Shown one piece after another: positions 22,994-33,439 of a stretch of DNA of 64,000 bases. The position numbers and the translations under genes were made by a program. A model generated the notes under the pieces. That model did not search any database. It was not told the DNA's origin and worked only from the letters and a program-made list of their open reading frames with translations. The stretch lies in NCBI GenBank assembly GCA_963705105.1, contig CAVPIW010000012.1, forward strand, positions 320,001 through 384,000, written 5' to 3'. The stretch's first letter is position 1, and each line of letters begins with the position of its first letter. The stretch comes from an uncultured Nitrospiraceae bacterium. Lineage in GTDB: Bacteria > Nitrospirota > Thermodesulfovibrionia > Thermodesulfovibrionales > Dissulfurispiraceae.

Positions 22994-23157
22994 TTGACGG
23001 CCTCGTAAAAAGTCCTGTAAAGGGCTTATCCGTCATTCCCGTGCAGACGGGAATCCAGTCCTTTCAGGCAGTTATTTGCACTCTGGATACCCGCTCCCCG
23101 CTTACTATCCACGGGGACAAGCTTCGCGGGTATGACGACTTTTTACGAGATCGTCAA
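22994..23157. repeat. Nested palindromic element
   Basis: Outer inverted repeat ttgacggcctcgtaaaaagtc / gactttttacgagatcgtcaa enclosing gtcattcccg..cgggaatccag...ctggatacccgc..gcgggtatgac. Confidence 0.75.
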
Positions 23158-23182
23158 TCTTGGATCTCGCGAACAGGTATGC

Positions 23183-24064
23183 CTATTTCTGTCCCTCCAG
23201 GATGAGGGGGAGGCCGTTCTTCGGGTTGCCGATGATGACCACCTTGGTGTTCTGGCTCTGGGCGAGCTTTTCCGTCGCCTCGATGCCTTTCCATTCGAGG
23301 AGGCTCGTCGTGATGCCCTGTGTGACGATCTTCTGAAAGTCGGCGATGCCCTGGCCCTCGATCCTCTTGCGCTCGGCCTCCTGCCGCTCCTTGTCGAGGA
23401 CGAATTTCATCTGCTCGGCCTGCTGCTCGGCCTGGAGCTTTCTTTCGATCGCCTCGGCCACCATCTTCGGGAGTTTGACGGCCCTGAGAAGGACACGCTC
23501 GATGGCGATCCCCTTCTGGCTGGCCACAGGTTCGGCGAGACGTTGGATCTCGGCGACGATCGCCTCACGACCGGCCGTATAAAGGGCCTTTGCCTCGTAC
23601 TCTGCCGTCACGGTTCTCAGCACGCTCCTCAGGAGGGGTTGGAGGATCACCTCGTCGTATCGCTTGCCTATGGTCTTGTAGATTTCAGGCGCCCGATCGG
23701 GCATGACCCTGTACCAGACGGACACTTCGAGATGGGTGATGAGCCCCTCTTCGGACGGTGTGTCGACGTCTTCTTTTAACTCCTGCGTCTTGATTGAGAA
23801 GGGGTGGATATCGGCGAGAGGGTTTCTGACGTGGATTCCCGCAAGGAGCGGTGTCGGCGAGACCTTTCCCCAGAAATCGACGACGCCGACGGTGCCAGCC
23901 CCGATGATGACGAATATGCGAGTAGCCAGGGCGAGACAGAGACCACCGAGTATGAAGGCCGGCATGGTCTTCGAACCGACGGGTTTGCCCGCGCGCTCCC
24001 TGATGCGGGTGTACACGATGCCTGCGACGAATGACAGCAGCAGTATGGCGATCATGAGAATCAT
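23183..24064 (-). CDS. SPFH/prohibitin family membrane protein
   Basis: N-terminal TM helices, AIERKLQAEQQAE coiled coil, GLPLIL end. Confidence 0.9.
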   Translation of the reverse strand: MILMIAILLLSFVAGIVYTRIRERAGKPVGSKTMPAFILGGLCLALATRIFVIIGAGTVGVVDFWGKVSPTPLLAGIHVRNPLADIHPFSIKTQELKEDVDTPSEEGLITHLEVSVWYRVMPDRAPEIYKTIGKRYDEVILQPLLRSVLRTVTAEYEAKALYTAGREAIVAEIQRLAEPVASQKGIAIERVLLRAVKLPKMVAEAIERKLQAEQQAEQMKFVLDKERQEAERKRIEGQGIADFQKIVTQGITTSLLEWKGIEATEKLAQSQNTKVVIIGNPKNGLPLILEGQK

Positions 24065-24263
24065 CGAAACCTCCGGACGGTAAGAGTGATTGTCTATTCA
24101 TTGTCGGCCGTCCGGTGCAGAACTTCAACCATATAGCGTCAGTAATGATGGAAGAAAAATCTCAAGTCTGTCTCACGCAAAGCCGCAAAGAGCGCAAAGA
24201 AAGAAGGTAGACTCAATGAACTCAGTCAACTCATTAAACTTCCTCGGTTCCCTAAAATGTAAA

Positions 24264-24537
24264 CCCTGCAGTTGCATGAAAAGGCGGGGCGAAGAGCTCT
24301 GAAATACAGTGTCAGTGACAGTGTGAGTGTCAGCAAAAAGTTCACCTTTTTCAGCCGTCGGCCTGAAATAGCTTCATCGATGTCGGGCCGTTCGGGGAAC
24401 GGCCCCTACAGGATTCCACTCTTTGTGTCATCGACCATTTGCGTATAGTTTGTCTTTCGTCTTGATACAGGTGTCGCCGCAGCAAGGTTTTCGGCACATA
24501 CACCCCGCCTTTCCGGGAGTGTATTGCAACGATAAGG
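24264..24537. mobile_element. MITE variant carrying a GTGTCA tract and a REP-like hairpin
   Basis: Family terminal repeats; flanks TAAA/CAAA; internal gggccgttcggggaacggcccctaca. Confidence 0.8.
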
Positions 24538-24576
24538 CAAAAAAGGAGGAGTGACGGCTTTTCACTCCCCCTTTCT
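24538..24576 (-). terminator. Probable intrinsic terminator after the cytochrome c gene
   Basis: ggaggagtga/tcactccccc stem with an A-run on + (U-run on -). Confidence 0.5.
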
Positions 24577-24605
24577 TTGGCTCATGGTGATCCCTGATGA
24601 GTGAT

Positions 24606-24995
24606 CTATTTCTTCAGGGATTTCATGTAGGCGATGAGATTCAGCATCTGCTCAGACTGAGGATCGAGGGCCTTGCCTTTTTGTGCCGTCTCGATGAAGT
24701 AATTGGTCACGTCAGCTATCGTCTTGTAGGTCTTGCCCATGGCCTTGAACTCTTTCTTGTCCGTGACGCCTGCCAGTCCCTGCCCTTGCGGGTGGCATGA
24801 CGCACAGGACTTCCCTGACGTCCCTCCCCCGAGCTTCGGGTCTTCAAAGAGGGCTTTTCCCTTGGCGACATCGCCTGCAGCCTTCGGCTCTGCGGCGGGG
24901 ACATCTTTTTTGACCTCCTGGGATGTGCACCCCATGAGGAGGAGTCCCGAGAAAACAGCCACGACGACGATCAATACGATACAACGCAGTTTCAT
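24606..24995 (-). CDS. Monoheme cytochrome c lipoprotein
   Basis: Lipobox LMGC; CASCH motif. Confidence 0.85.
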   Translation of the reverse strand: MKLRCIVLIVVVAVFSGLLLMGCTSQEVKKDVPAAEPKAAGDVAKGKALFEDPKLGGGTSGKSCASCHPQGQGLAGVTDKKEFKAMGKTYKTIADVTNYFIETAQKGKALDPQSEQMLNLIAYMKSLKK

Positions 24996-25261
24996 CACCG
25001 TTACCTCCTTTCAAGGAAAGATTCTGACCATGAGACGGTGGGTGCCCGCGCACGGTATCCACAATCACATATGTCTTCCTGCAATTCTAATAGAATTTCA
25101 CCCCTTATGCAATACCCCCCTCATACTGAAAAGCATTTGTCCACATTTTCCCGGAAATCGTATACAATTGAAGAAAACCACCCCTGTCCTCGTGACACAT
25201 TATTTTGGGCACCAATGGACGGAAACGAAAACAACCGCGCATGCTTTGAAAGGAGGCCGTC

Positions 25262-26048
25262 ATGAGATACGCACTTGCACTGTTTCTTTTCTTCGTCTTT
25301 GCCGTGAATGCCGATGCGAAGCTGAGGACCGAAGTCATCGAGTACAAACACGGCGACATCGTTCTGGAGGGGTACCTCGCCTACGATGACGCCATAAAGG
25401 TCAAGCGACCCGGTGTCCTCGTCGTCCACGAGTGGTGGGGCCTGAACACATACGTCAAGAAGAGGACGGAGCAATTGGCGAAGCTGGGCTACGTCGCCTT
25501 TGCGGCGGACATCTACGGCAAGGGGGTCAGGACGACCCACCCCGAGGAGGCGGCGTCATTTTCCGCCAAGTACCGGGAGGACCGGAAGCTCCTCCGGTCC
25601 CGCGCCCTTGCGGGGCTCGATGTGCTCAGGAACCGGGCGATGACGGACCCGAGGCGGATCGCCGCAATCGGCTATTGTTTCGGCGGCACGACGGTCCTGG
25701 AGCTTGCACTGAGCGGCGCCGACATCGCCGGTGTCGCAAGCTTCCACGGCGGCCTCGGAGGTTTCGACTTCGGAGGCGCCAGGAGCAGTCAAGGCAAAGG
25801 TCCTCGTGCTTCACGGCGCGGATGATCCTTTCATACCGGCCGAGCAGATCGCCACATTCCAGGAGGGGATGAGAAAGACAGGCGCGGACTGGCAGATGGT
25901 GTATTACGGGGGGACCGTTCACAGCTTTACGAACCCCGACGTGGACAGCGCCGGGCTCAAGGGAGCGGCCTACAACGAGCGGTCCGACAGGCGTTCCTGG
26001 GAGGCGATGAAGGTCTTCTTCGCCGAGATCTTCGGCAAGAAAAAATAG
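25262..26048 (+). CDS. Dienelactone hydrolase family protein (+1 frameshift near 25755-25785)
   Basis: HEWWGL, GYCFGG in the first frame; VLHGADD, HSFTNP in the next frame; signal peptide. Confidence 0.88.
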
Positions 26049-26061
26049 GCGGGAGCGGGCC

Positions 26062-27624
26062 GTGAAAGTCGCGACGTCCGACCAGATGCGGGAGATCGAC
26101 AGGGTCACGATCGAGGAGTACGGCATCCCCGGTCTCGTCCTCATGGAACGGGCCGGCCTCGCCGTGGCGCGCCGTATCACGGAACTCCGGCAGGGCGGCA
26201 AGGTCCTCGTCCTCTGCGGCGGGGGCAACAACGGTGGTGACGGGATCGTCGTCGCGAGAATCCTCCACAACGGGGGCTATCACGTCAAGGTGCTCCTCTT
26301 CGCCGCCGAAGAGGTGCTGAGCGCCGACTGTCGGCATCAGTACGATATCGCCCGGAGGATGGACATCCCCGTCGAGTTCCGCGCGTCTCTCCACAGCTCC
26401 GACGTTCACGGGGCGCTCGTGGTGGACGCCCTGTTCGGCACGGGACTCAGCAGGCCCGTAACGGGTCAGCTCGCGGGCGTGCTGTCGTTCCTGAACGATC
26501 ACGATGCGACCGTCGTCGCCGTTGACATGCCTTCGGGCATCTCGTCCGATACGGGCGAGGTCCTCGGGGAAGCGGTCATGGCCGATGTGACGGTTACGTT
26601 CGGCCTGCCGAAGAGGGGCCACCTGCTCTACCCCGGAGCGGAATACACGGGCAAGCTCTTCGTCGAGGACATCGGGTTCCCCCGGGAGCTTCTCGAAAGC
26701 GACTCCCTCGGGGTCGAGACGTTCACGCCGGCATCCTTCGGAGTCATACCGGTCCGCAGGAAGAATGCGTACAAGGGAGATTACGGTCACGTCTTCGTCA
26801 TCGCGGGGTCCCGGGGCAAGACGGGCGCCGCCGTCATGACGGCGAAATCCTGCCTCCGGTCCGGCGCAGGCCTTGTGACCGTCGGTGTTCCGTCATCGCT
26901 CATCGATGCCTTTCAGGCCCGGGTGACGGAGGAGATGACTCTGCCCTTGCCCGATGACGGCACAGGGATGCTCTCGCCGGAGGCGCTTGATGTGATCCTG
27001 GATTTCATCACCAGGAAAATCGATGTCATCGCCATCGGTCCCGGCATCGGCGTCTCCGAAGCCACGAGAGAGATCATCACCGGACTCGTTCTGCGGTCAC
27101 CGGTCCCTCTCGTCATCGATGCGGACGGCCTCAATTCATTGCAGGGCAGGGTGCAGGACCTGGCGGACGCGAAATCCCCTCTCGTCCTCACCCCCCATCC
27201 CGGTGAGATGAGACGGCTTCTGGGGCAGGAGGACCTGAAAGTCACAGACATAGAGCGGGACAGGATCGGCATTTCCCTGCAGTTTGCAGCAGAAACGGGA
27301 ACGCATCTCGTGCTCAAAGGTGTGCCGACTGTCACGGCGACGCCGGAGGGCCGTGCCTTCCTCAACACGTCGGGCAATCCGGGAATGGCGTCGGCAGGAT
27401 CGGGCGATGTGCTGACGGGGGTCATCGCGTCTCTTCTCGGGCAGGGTTTTTCGCCCGAGCAGTCGGCGATCCTCGGTGTCTATCTCCACGGGCTTGCAGG
27501 GGATTTTGCCGCCGCCGACAAAGGGGAGGCCTCCCTCATCGCATCGGACATCATCGATCATCTGCCCCCGGCGATCAGGTCGGTCGTGGACGGGACAGCG
27601 GGAATGCCGTGGAAGACGAACTGA
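26062..27624 (+). CDS. nnr: Bifunctional NAD(P)H-hydrate epimerase/dehydratase
   Basis: LMERAG, GNNGGDG, DALFGTG, TPHPGE, AGSGDVL. Confidence 0.95.
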   Translation: MKVATSDQMREIDRVTIEEYGIPGLVLMERAGLAVARRITELRQGGKVLVLCGGGNNGGDGIVVARILHNGGYHVKVLLFAAEEVLSADCRHQYDIARRMDIPVEFRASLHSSDVHGALVVDALFGTGLSRPVTGQLAGVLSFLNDHDATVVAVDMPSGISSDTGEVLGEAVMADVTVTFGLPKRGHLLYPGAEYTGKLFVEDIGFPRELLESDSLGVETFTPASFGVIPVRRKNAYKGDYGHVFVIAGSRGKTGAAVMTAKSCLRSGAGLVTVGVPSSLIDAFQARVTEEMTLPLPDDGTGMLSPEALDVILDFITRKIDVIAIGPGIGVSEATREIITGLVLRSPVPLVIDADGLNSLQGRVQDLADAKSPLVLTPHPGEMRRLLGQEDLKVTDIERDRIGISLQFAAETGTHLVLKGVPTVTATPEGRAFLNTSGNPGMASAGSGDVLTGVIASLLGQGFSPEQSAILGVYLHGLAGDFAAADKGEASLIASDIIDHLPPAIRSVVDGTAGMPWKTN

Positions 27625-28346
27625 TCAGCCCCGGCATATTCCACGAAGCGCCGGTGACGGCCTTCTTTACGACAAAGCGAAGTCACCGCGATTTCGGGGA
27701 CATCGTTCGCAGGACCGGCGTTCCGGGTCACATGATGTACCTGCCGATCCAGAAACACACGGACAAGATCGTCCTCGTCGGGTCGTCCCTGGAGCAGAAG
27801 ATCGGTGACTCCGTCGTCACGAAGAGAAACGATATCCTGATCGGCGTGCAGGTGGCGGACTGCGTTCCTGTGCTGATCCTCGACGGGAAAAGAGAGATCG
27901 CCGGCGCGGTCCATGCCGGGTGGAGGGGAACGGCTGCGGGAATCCTGAAGAAGACGATCGCCTTCATGGCTGAACGGTTCTTCTCCGATCCGTCGGACAT
28001 ATTGATCGCCCTCGGGCCGGGCATACGCGGATGCTGCTACAATGTCGGCCCGGAGGTGATCGATGCGGTCAGACGGGCTTCGGGAGAGGGGCGATACATC
28101 ACGGAAAGCGGCGGCATTCACCGCATTGATCTGTCCATGGCGAACACGCTTCAGGCGAGGTCGATGGGAATTCCGGAGGCGAACATCTGGATGTCGCCGG
28201 ACTGCACCCATTGCCTTCCTGAGAAATACCATTCCTACCGGTTCACCAGGACCCATGCGGGACGGCAGTTCGGGTTCATCGGACTGACACGGCACGATGT
28301 ATCAAAGAGGCAGTCAACAGTCGGCAGTCGGCAGTCGACAGCCTGA
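27609..28346 (+). CDS. pgeF: Peptidoglycan editing factor PgeF/YfiH
   Basis: QKHT, VADCVP, HAGWRG, GPGI..CCY. Confidence 0.9.
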   Translation: MEDELISPGIFHEAPVTAFFTTKRSHRDFGDIVRRTGVPGHMMYLPIQKHTDKIVLVGSSLEQKIGDSVVTKRNDILIGVQVADCVPVLILDGKREIAGAVHAGWRGTAAGILKKTIAFMAERFFSDPSDILIALGPGIRGCCYNVGPEVIDAVRRASGEGRYITESGGIHRIDLSMANTLQARSMGIPEANIWMSPDCTHCLPEKYHSYRFTRTHAGRQFGFIGLTRHDVSKRQSTVGSRQSTA

Positions 28347-28350
28347 AAGC
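28309..28350 (+). repeat. Heptamer tandem repeat (RRCAGTC)n
   Basis: ggcagtc aacagtc ggcagtc ggcagtc gacagcc in the pgeF 3' tail. Confidence 0.8.
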
Positions 28351-28374
28351 GGAATAGAGAAGGGAGGCAGGGGA

Positions 28375-30967
28375 ATGCGCAAATTCTTTGACATGTTCAG
28401 GAGCAACAGGCAGATTCAGCGCAGTGAAGCGGCACGACAGGCCTTTCAGGACAAATACAGGCATTTTCAGAGTCTGCTGGCCGGCAACAACAGGGCCCTC
28501 GAGATCATCACGGACCTTGAACAGATGTGCTACGGGACAAAGCCCTTTTCACGTGAAGATATCCTGGATCTGGTGGATCTGCTTCTTTTGCATGTACGCG
28601 AGATCGTCTCTCACCTGGACACCCTTGCGGGGGGCAGGTACGGACAGCTTGCCGATACCACCCAGGCCATCGAAGCCGGCATTCATGACGCTTTGCTGTC
28701 GAAAAGATCCGTCCAGAAGAGCAGTCTCACCATGTCCCTGCAGTACCTGAGCCTGGACCATGTGTCGGAGGTTGGGGGCAAGGCGGCGAACATCGGTGAG
28801 ATCGCCAACCGCGTCCATCTGCCCGTTCCCCAGGGATTCGCCGTGACAGCGTACGCCTGCCATTCCTTTCTGCACCACAACAACCTTTACGAGGACTGCG
28901 AAAAAATACTGCGGGGCCTGGACACCGAAAACACGGAGAAGCTCCTGGAATGCACCGGACAGGTCCAGTCGCTTATACTGCAGGCGTCTCTTCCCCCGGA
29001 CCTGGAGTCTGCTATCCTGTCGGAAGTGGATGCGCTGACGAAGGAGTTCGGGCCGGGCATGCTGCTGGCCGTCCGGAGCAGCGCGACGAGCGAAGATTCC
29101 GAGGCGAGCTTTGCGGGCCAGCATTCGTCGGTGCTGGGCGTCGGGAGGGACAGGGTCCTGCAGGCATACAAGGAAGTCGTCGCCAGTACGTTCAACCCCC
29201 GTGCCGTCTATTACCGGCGCAGCAAGGGGTACCCCGACGAGTACGTCGTCATGAGCGTCCTGTGCCTGGCCATGGTGCGGGCCGGGGCGAGCGGGGTCAT
29301 GTACACGAGGGACCCGAACGACCACAGACGGGATGTGATCATGATCAATGCCGTCTGGGGGCTCGCCGGCGCAGTGGACGGCTCCGCGGCGACGGACTTC
29401 TATGAAGTGGACAAGACAAGCCGGGAGGTGCTCGAATACAAGGTTGCCCTTAAGCCGACCATGCTGGCCCTGGCGGAAGATGGCGGCATTGAGGTGAGGG
29501 AGGTGGAGCAGGACCTGCAGGCGCAGCCCTGCCTGGACCGCGAACAGGTCATGGCCCTCGTGGATTACGGCCTTGCCCTCGAGGAGCACTACGGCGTGCC
29601 CCTTGACATCGAATGGGCCATGAGACGGCAGGGCAGAATCGTCCTGCTCCAGGCCCGGCCCCTGAACCTCACCCTGACGGCGACCCAGGCCGAGACAGCG
29701 GGGCAGGAACTTGACATCGGGGCGATACAGGAGAAATATCCCGGGAACCCCGTTCTGCTCCAGGGCGGTGTGACGGCCTCACGGGGGAAGGCCTCCGGGC
29801 TGGCCTATGTGCTCACGTCGGACCATAACCTGCTGAATATCCCCGAGGGGGCGATCCTCGTCACCCCGGAGACGTCTCCGCGGTATGTGGCGATCCTGGG
29901 GCGTGTCCAGGCTATTATTACCGACGTCGGCAGCGTGACGGGACACATGGCGTCGGTGGCAAGGGAATTCAACATACCCACCCTCGTCGGGACGGGGAAG
30001 CGGGACGAAGATCATCCCGCACGGCGAAGAGATCACGGTGGATGCGACGAACCGCGTCATCTTCTCCGGCCGTGTCGAAAGCATCCTGGAGCGGAAGAGG
30101 CCCGTGAATCCCATGAAAGGCAGCCCGACCTACAAGGCCGCTCACAGTGCCCTGAAAAAGATATCAGTCCTGAATCTCATCGATCCCCAGAGCGACAATT
30201 TCTCTCCTCAGGGCTGCCAGACCATCCACGACATCATTCGTTTCGCCCATGAGATGTCGATGCGTGAAATGTTCCGGATCGCCGATGACATTGAGGTGGA
30301 TGAGCGGTTTGCCGTCATCATCAAGTCGCCCGTGCCGATGCAGATGTATGCCGTGGACCTCGGGGGAGGACTGAAGACGGGGCGTGATGTGCCTATTGCT
30401 TATATGGATGACGTCGTCTCCGTGCCCTTCCGGGCGCTCCTTCGCGGCATGACCCACCCGTCGGTGCGGTGGGCCGGGTCGGTGGGGCTTGATGTGAAGG
30501 GGTTTACAGAGATCCTTTCGAGGTCCATGCTCACCAGCCCCGCCGAGGCGGAACGCCTGGGAGGCCCCAACTACGTCGTCATCTCAGGCGAGTACCTGAA
30601 CTTCAACTCGCGGCTGGGCTACCATTTCGCGGTCGTCGACGCCTATTGCGGTCCCCAGGTGAACGACAACTACATTACCTTCTCCTTCAAGGGAGGCGCC
30701 GCCGATATCGGCAGACGATCGAGAAGGGCGAACCTCATCGCCGGCATCCTCAAGCGGCTCGGCCTCAAGACGGAAATCAAGGGTGACATGGTGCGGGGCG
30801 AGATAAAGAAATACGAATGTGAGCTGCTGCAGGAGAAGCTGGACATCATCGGCCGTCTTCTCGGCGCCGTGCGGCTGCTGGACATGGTCCTCTCCGATGA
30901 CGGACAGATCGACTGGTATGTGGATGAGTTTTTCAGGGAGAACTACACCTTCCAGCGGACTTCATAA
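28375..30967 (+). CDS. PEP/pyruvate-binding-domain (PEP synthase-like) protein (+1 frameshift at G run 29994-29997)
   Basis: VGGKAAN, AVRSSA..ED..SFAGQ, DIEWA, LQARPL, TGHMASVARE phospho-His domain. Confidence 0.88.
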
Positions 30968-30986
30968 TAAAGCGAGGAAAATACAA

Positions 30987-32075
30987 ATGCAAACAAATGC
31001 CCCTGTCCCCTATGACATCACCCGCACGACCCTTGCCGTACTGTTTATCTGCATGCTCATTGCGGCAAGCTTCTGGATTCTCCTTGCTTTTCTCACATCG
31101 ATGCTCTGGGCGACCATGATCGTCATCGCGACGTGGCCCCTCCTTCTGGGCATACAGAGACGTCTTTTCGGAAAGCGTGGGCTCGCCGTGGCGGTGATGA
31201 CGGTGGTGCTCCTGCTGGTCCTCATCGTCCCCCTGTCGCTTGCCGTCTCTTCAATACTCGAGAGATCAGACGACATTGCAAACGGGGTGAAATCCCTTGC
31301 CACCTTTACCGTCCCGCCGCCGCCCGATTGGCTCAAAAGCATTCCCCTGATCGGGAAGAAGCTTGTCAGTCTTTGGCAGAATGTCGCCGCCATGAGCGCC
31401 GAGGAAATCTCGGCCCAGGTGACGCCCTATGCGGGAAAGGCCGTGAAATGGTTCGTTGCCCAGGCCGGCAGTTTCGGGATGATGCTGGTCCAGTTTCTTC
31501 TGACAGTGATCATATCGGCGATCATGTATTCCAACGGCGAAACGGCGGCTGCGGGAATCCGCAAATTCGCCTTCCGCCTGGCAGGGAGGCAGGGGGAAGA
31601 GGCGGTCATACTCGCCGGAAAGGCCGTGCGGGGTGTGGCGCTGGGCGTCGTCGTCACCGCGATCATCCAGTCTGTCCTTGGCGCTATCGGTCTCGCCGTC
31701 AGCGGCATACCGGGCGCCGCCCTGCTGACGGGGGTGATGTTTATGCTCTGCGTTGCCCAGCTCGGACCGGCCCTTGTGCTGTTCCCTTCAGTGATATGGC
31801 TTTACTGGAGCGGAGACAACCTGTGGGGAACATTACTGCTCATCTGGTCTCTCTTCGTTGGCTTTATTGACAACTTCATCCGCCCCGTTCTGATCAAAAA
31901 GGGGGCGGACCTGCCTCTTCTTCTCATCTTTGCCGGTGTCATCGGGGGACTGATCGCCTTCGGCATCGTTGGTCTCTTCATCGGACCGGTGGTCCTGGCG
32001 GTCACGTATACGTTGCTGAAGACATGGGTGACGGGAGGTGATGCGGCGGAGCAGGAAGTGAGCGAGGGGAGTTGA
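30987..32075 (+). CDS. AI-2E family transporter (YdiK-like)
   Basis: Multiple TM helices; DNFIRP, GVIGG..FG..GLFIGP. Confidence 0.9.
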   Translation: MQTNAPVPYDITRTTLAVLFICMLIAASFWILLAFLTSMLWATMIVIATWPLLLGIQRRLFGKRGLAVAVMTVVLLLVLIVPLSLAVSSILERSDDIANGVKSLATFTVPPPPDWLKSIPLIGKKLVSLWQNVAAMSAEEISAQVTPYAGKAVKWFVAQAGSFGMMLVQFLLTVIISAIMYSNGETAAAGIRKFAFRLAGRQGEEAVILAGKAVRGVALGVVVTAIIQSVLGAIGLAVSGIPGAALLTGVMFMLCVAQLGPALVLFPSVIWLYWSGDNLWGTLLLIWSLFVGFIDNFIRPVLIKKGADLPLLLIFAGVIGGLIAFGIVGLFIGPVVLAVTYTLLKTWVTGGDAAEQEVSEGS

Positions 32076-32154
32076 ATCTTTTAACATCCCGTTCCGGGCC
32101 TGTGCGGGTCACGGGGCCGGGGATGAATACCATATCAGGAGGAGGTTGCTCACC

Positions 32155-32718
32155 ATGAAGATACGCGATGTCTGCAGGATTCTTGCACTGGTCGTCTGTT
32201 TCACTTTTGTCTTTTCTTTGTTTGCCGGTCTGTCCTATGCGAAGACCAAGGGAGAGATCAACGCGAGCGTGAAGGCGGCGATGGACCGCTTCAAGAGGGA
32301 TGTCAAGGGGAGCTCCGAATTCCTGAAGGCGGCCAAGGGCATCCTCGTGATTCCCAATGTGACGAAGGCAGGCTTCATCGTTGCCGGGCAGTACGGACAG
32401 GGCGCCCTGAAGATCGGCCAGAGGACTGTCGATTATTACAGTATTGCCGCAGGTTCGCTGGGCTTTCAGATCGGCGCCGAGAAGTTCGACCTCGTCATCC
32501 TCTTCGTCACCGATAAGGCTTTGAACAGTTTCCGGTCGAGCGAAGGGTGGGAGGCAGGCATGGACGCAGAGGTGACCATGATCGCCGCGGGAATCGACGT
32601 CCCTGTGAGCACTCTCGTGAGCCAGCACCCCGTCATCGGCTTTGTCCTCGACCAGAAAGGATTGATGGCCGGTGTGTCCGTTAAGGGGGCGAAGTTCACG
32701 AAGATCAAACCGGATTAG
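32155..32718 (+). CDS. Lipid-binding SYLF/Ysc84 domain protein
   Basis: Signal peptide; AKGILVIP..KAGF, SLGFQIGA, KGLMAGVS. Confidence 0.85.
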   Translation: MKIRDVCRILALVVCFTFVFSLFAGLSYAKTKGEINASVKAAMDRFKRDVKGSSEFLKAAKGILVIPNVTKAGFIVAGQYGQGALKIGQRTVDYYSIAAGSLGFQIGAEKFDLVILFVTDKALNSFRSSEGWEAGMDAEVTMIAAGIDVPVSTLVSQHPVIGFVLDQKGLMAGVSVKGAKFTKIKPD

Positions 32719-32745
32719 TGACTTTTCAGGAAAGAGGACTGACGA

Positions 32746-32779
32746 ACCGGCGGGGCTGTCTCAGCGCCCCGCCGGCTTT
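32746..32779 (+). terminator. Intrinsic terminator
   Basis: ccggcggggc...gccccgccgg followed by ctttc. Confidence 0.6.
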
Positions 32780-32864
32780 CCCGTCTCATCTGCAAAACAG
32801 CAATAGTTTCACAAAAGAAAGCAATTTTATCCCTTGCAAAAACCTGCCGAATTGCTATAGTTAT

Positions 32865-33076
32865 ATATTGTTGGTGCAACAGGACATCCGGAAAGGCGGG
32901 GTGAAGTGCCGAAAAGCCTTGGTGCTGCGAAACCTTTGCCTTCCCATACGGATCATGTCAGGCTCACGGTTTATGACACAAAGGGTGGAATTCCCAATGT
33001 CCCATTTCAAATGATCATGCTCTCTATCAGCAAGGCATTGAGGCACTTTGTCCCGCCTTTGCATGCAACAGGGAAG
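32865..33076. mobile_element. Diverged inverted MITE copy
   Basis: gaaaggcggggtgaagtgccgaaaagcc...gcaaggcattgaggcactttgtcccgcctttgcatgcaac; ends approximate. Confidence 0.75.
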
Positions 33077-33112
33077 CTAATAGACGACCGGTAGCACGGG
33101 ATTGAGGAAAAA

Positions 33113-33439
33113 ATGAATCACTTTCGTCATTTTTCTGTTCACCACACGGTCAGGGCGCTCCGAGGCGTCTTCAGCCTGTTTTTCTTATTGAGTTTAATTC
33201 TGACCTCACTTCATCCCGTCATCCTCTGCCTGCCCTGCCAGGGAGAAGCCGTCATCGTCACCCTCGACGTCTGTCACTCCGGCCCTTCGGCGATTTCGGG
33301 GGGTGTGGAGATGCCTTCCCTCCATGAGTTTCATTGTGAGCCGGGAAAACCGGGGTTTGCCGGCTTAGCCGCACCGGTGACCGGGACCGATAGAGAGTTT
33401 ATTGTCTCTTCGCTGATAGAACGCCCTCCGCGGTCGTAA
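33113..33439 (+). CDS. Small exported Cys/His protein ending ERPPRS (DUF2946-like leader)
   Basis: GAGG RBS, hydrophobic N-terminus, CLPC, DVCH, C-terminal RPP. Confidence 0.65.
   Translation: MNHFRHFSVHHTVRALRGVFSLFFLLSLILTSLHPVILCLPCQGEAVIVTLDVCHSGPSAISGGVEMPSLHEFHCEPGKPGFAGLAAPVTGTDREFIVSSLIERPPRS

Noticed and set aside
24171..24540. CRISPR array
   Set aside because: No constant-length repeats with unique spacers and no cas genes.
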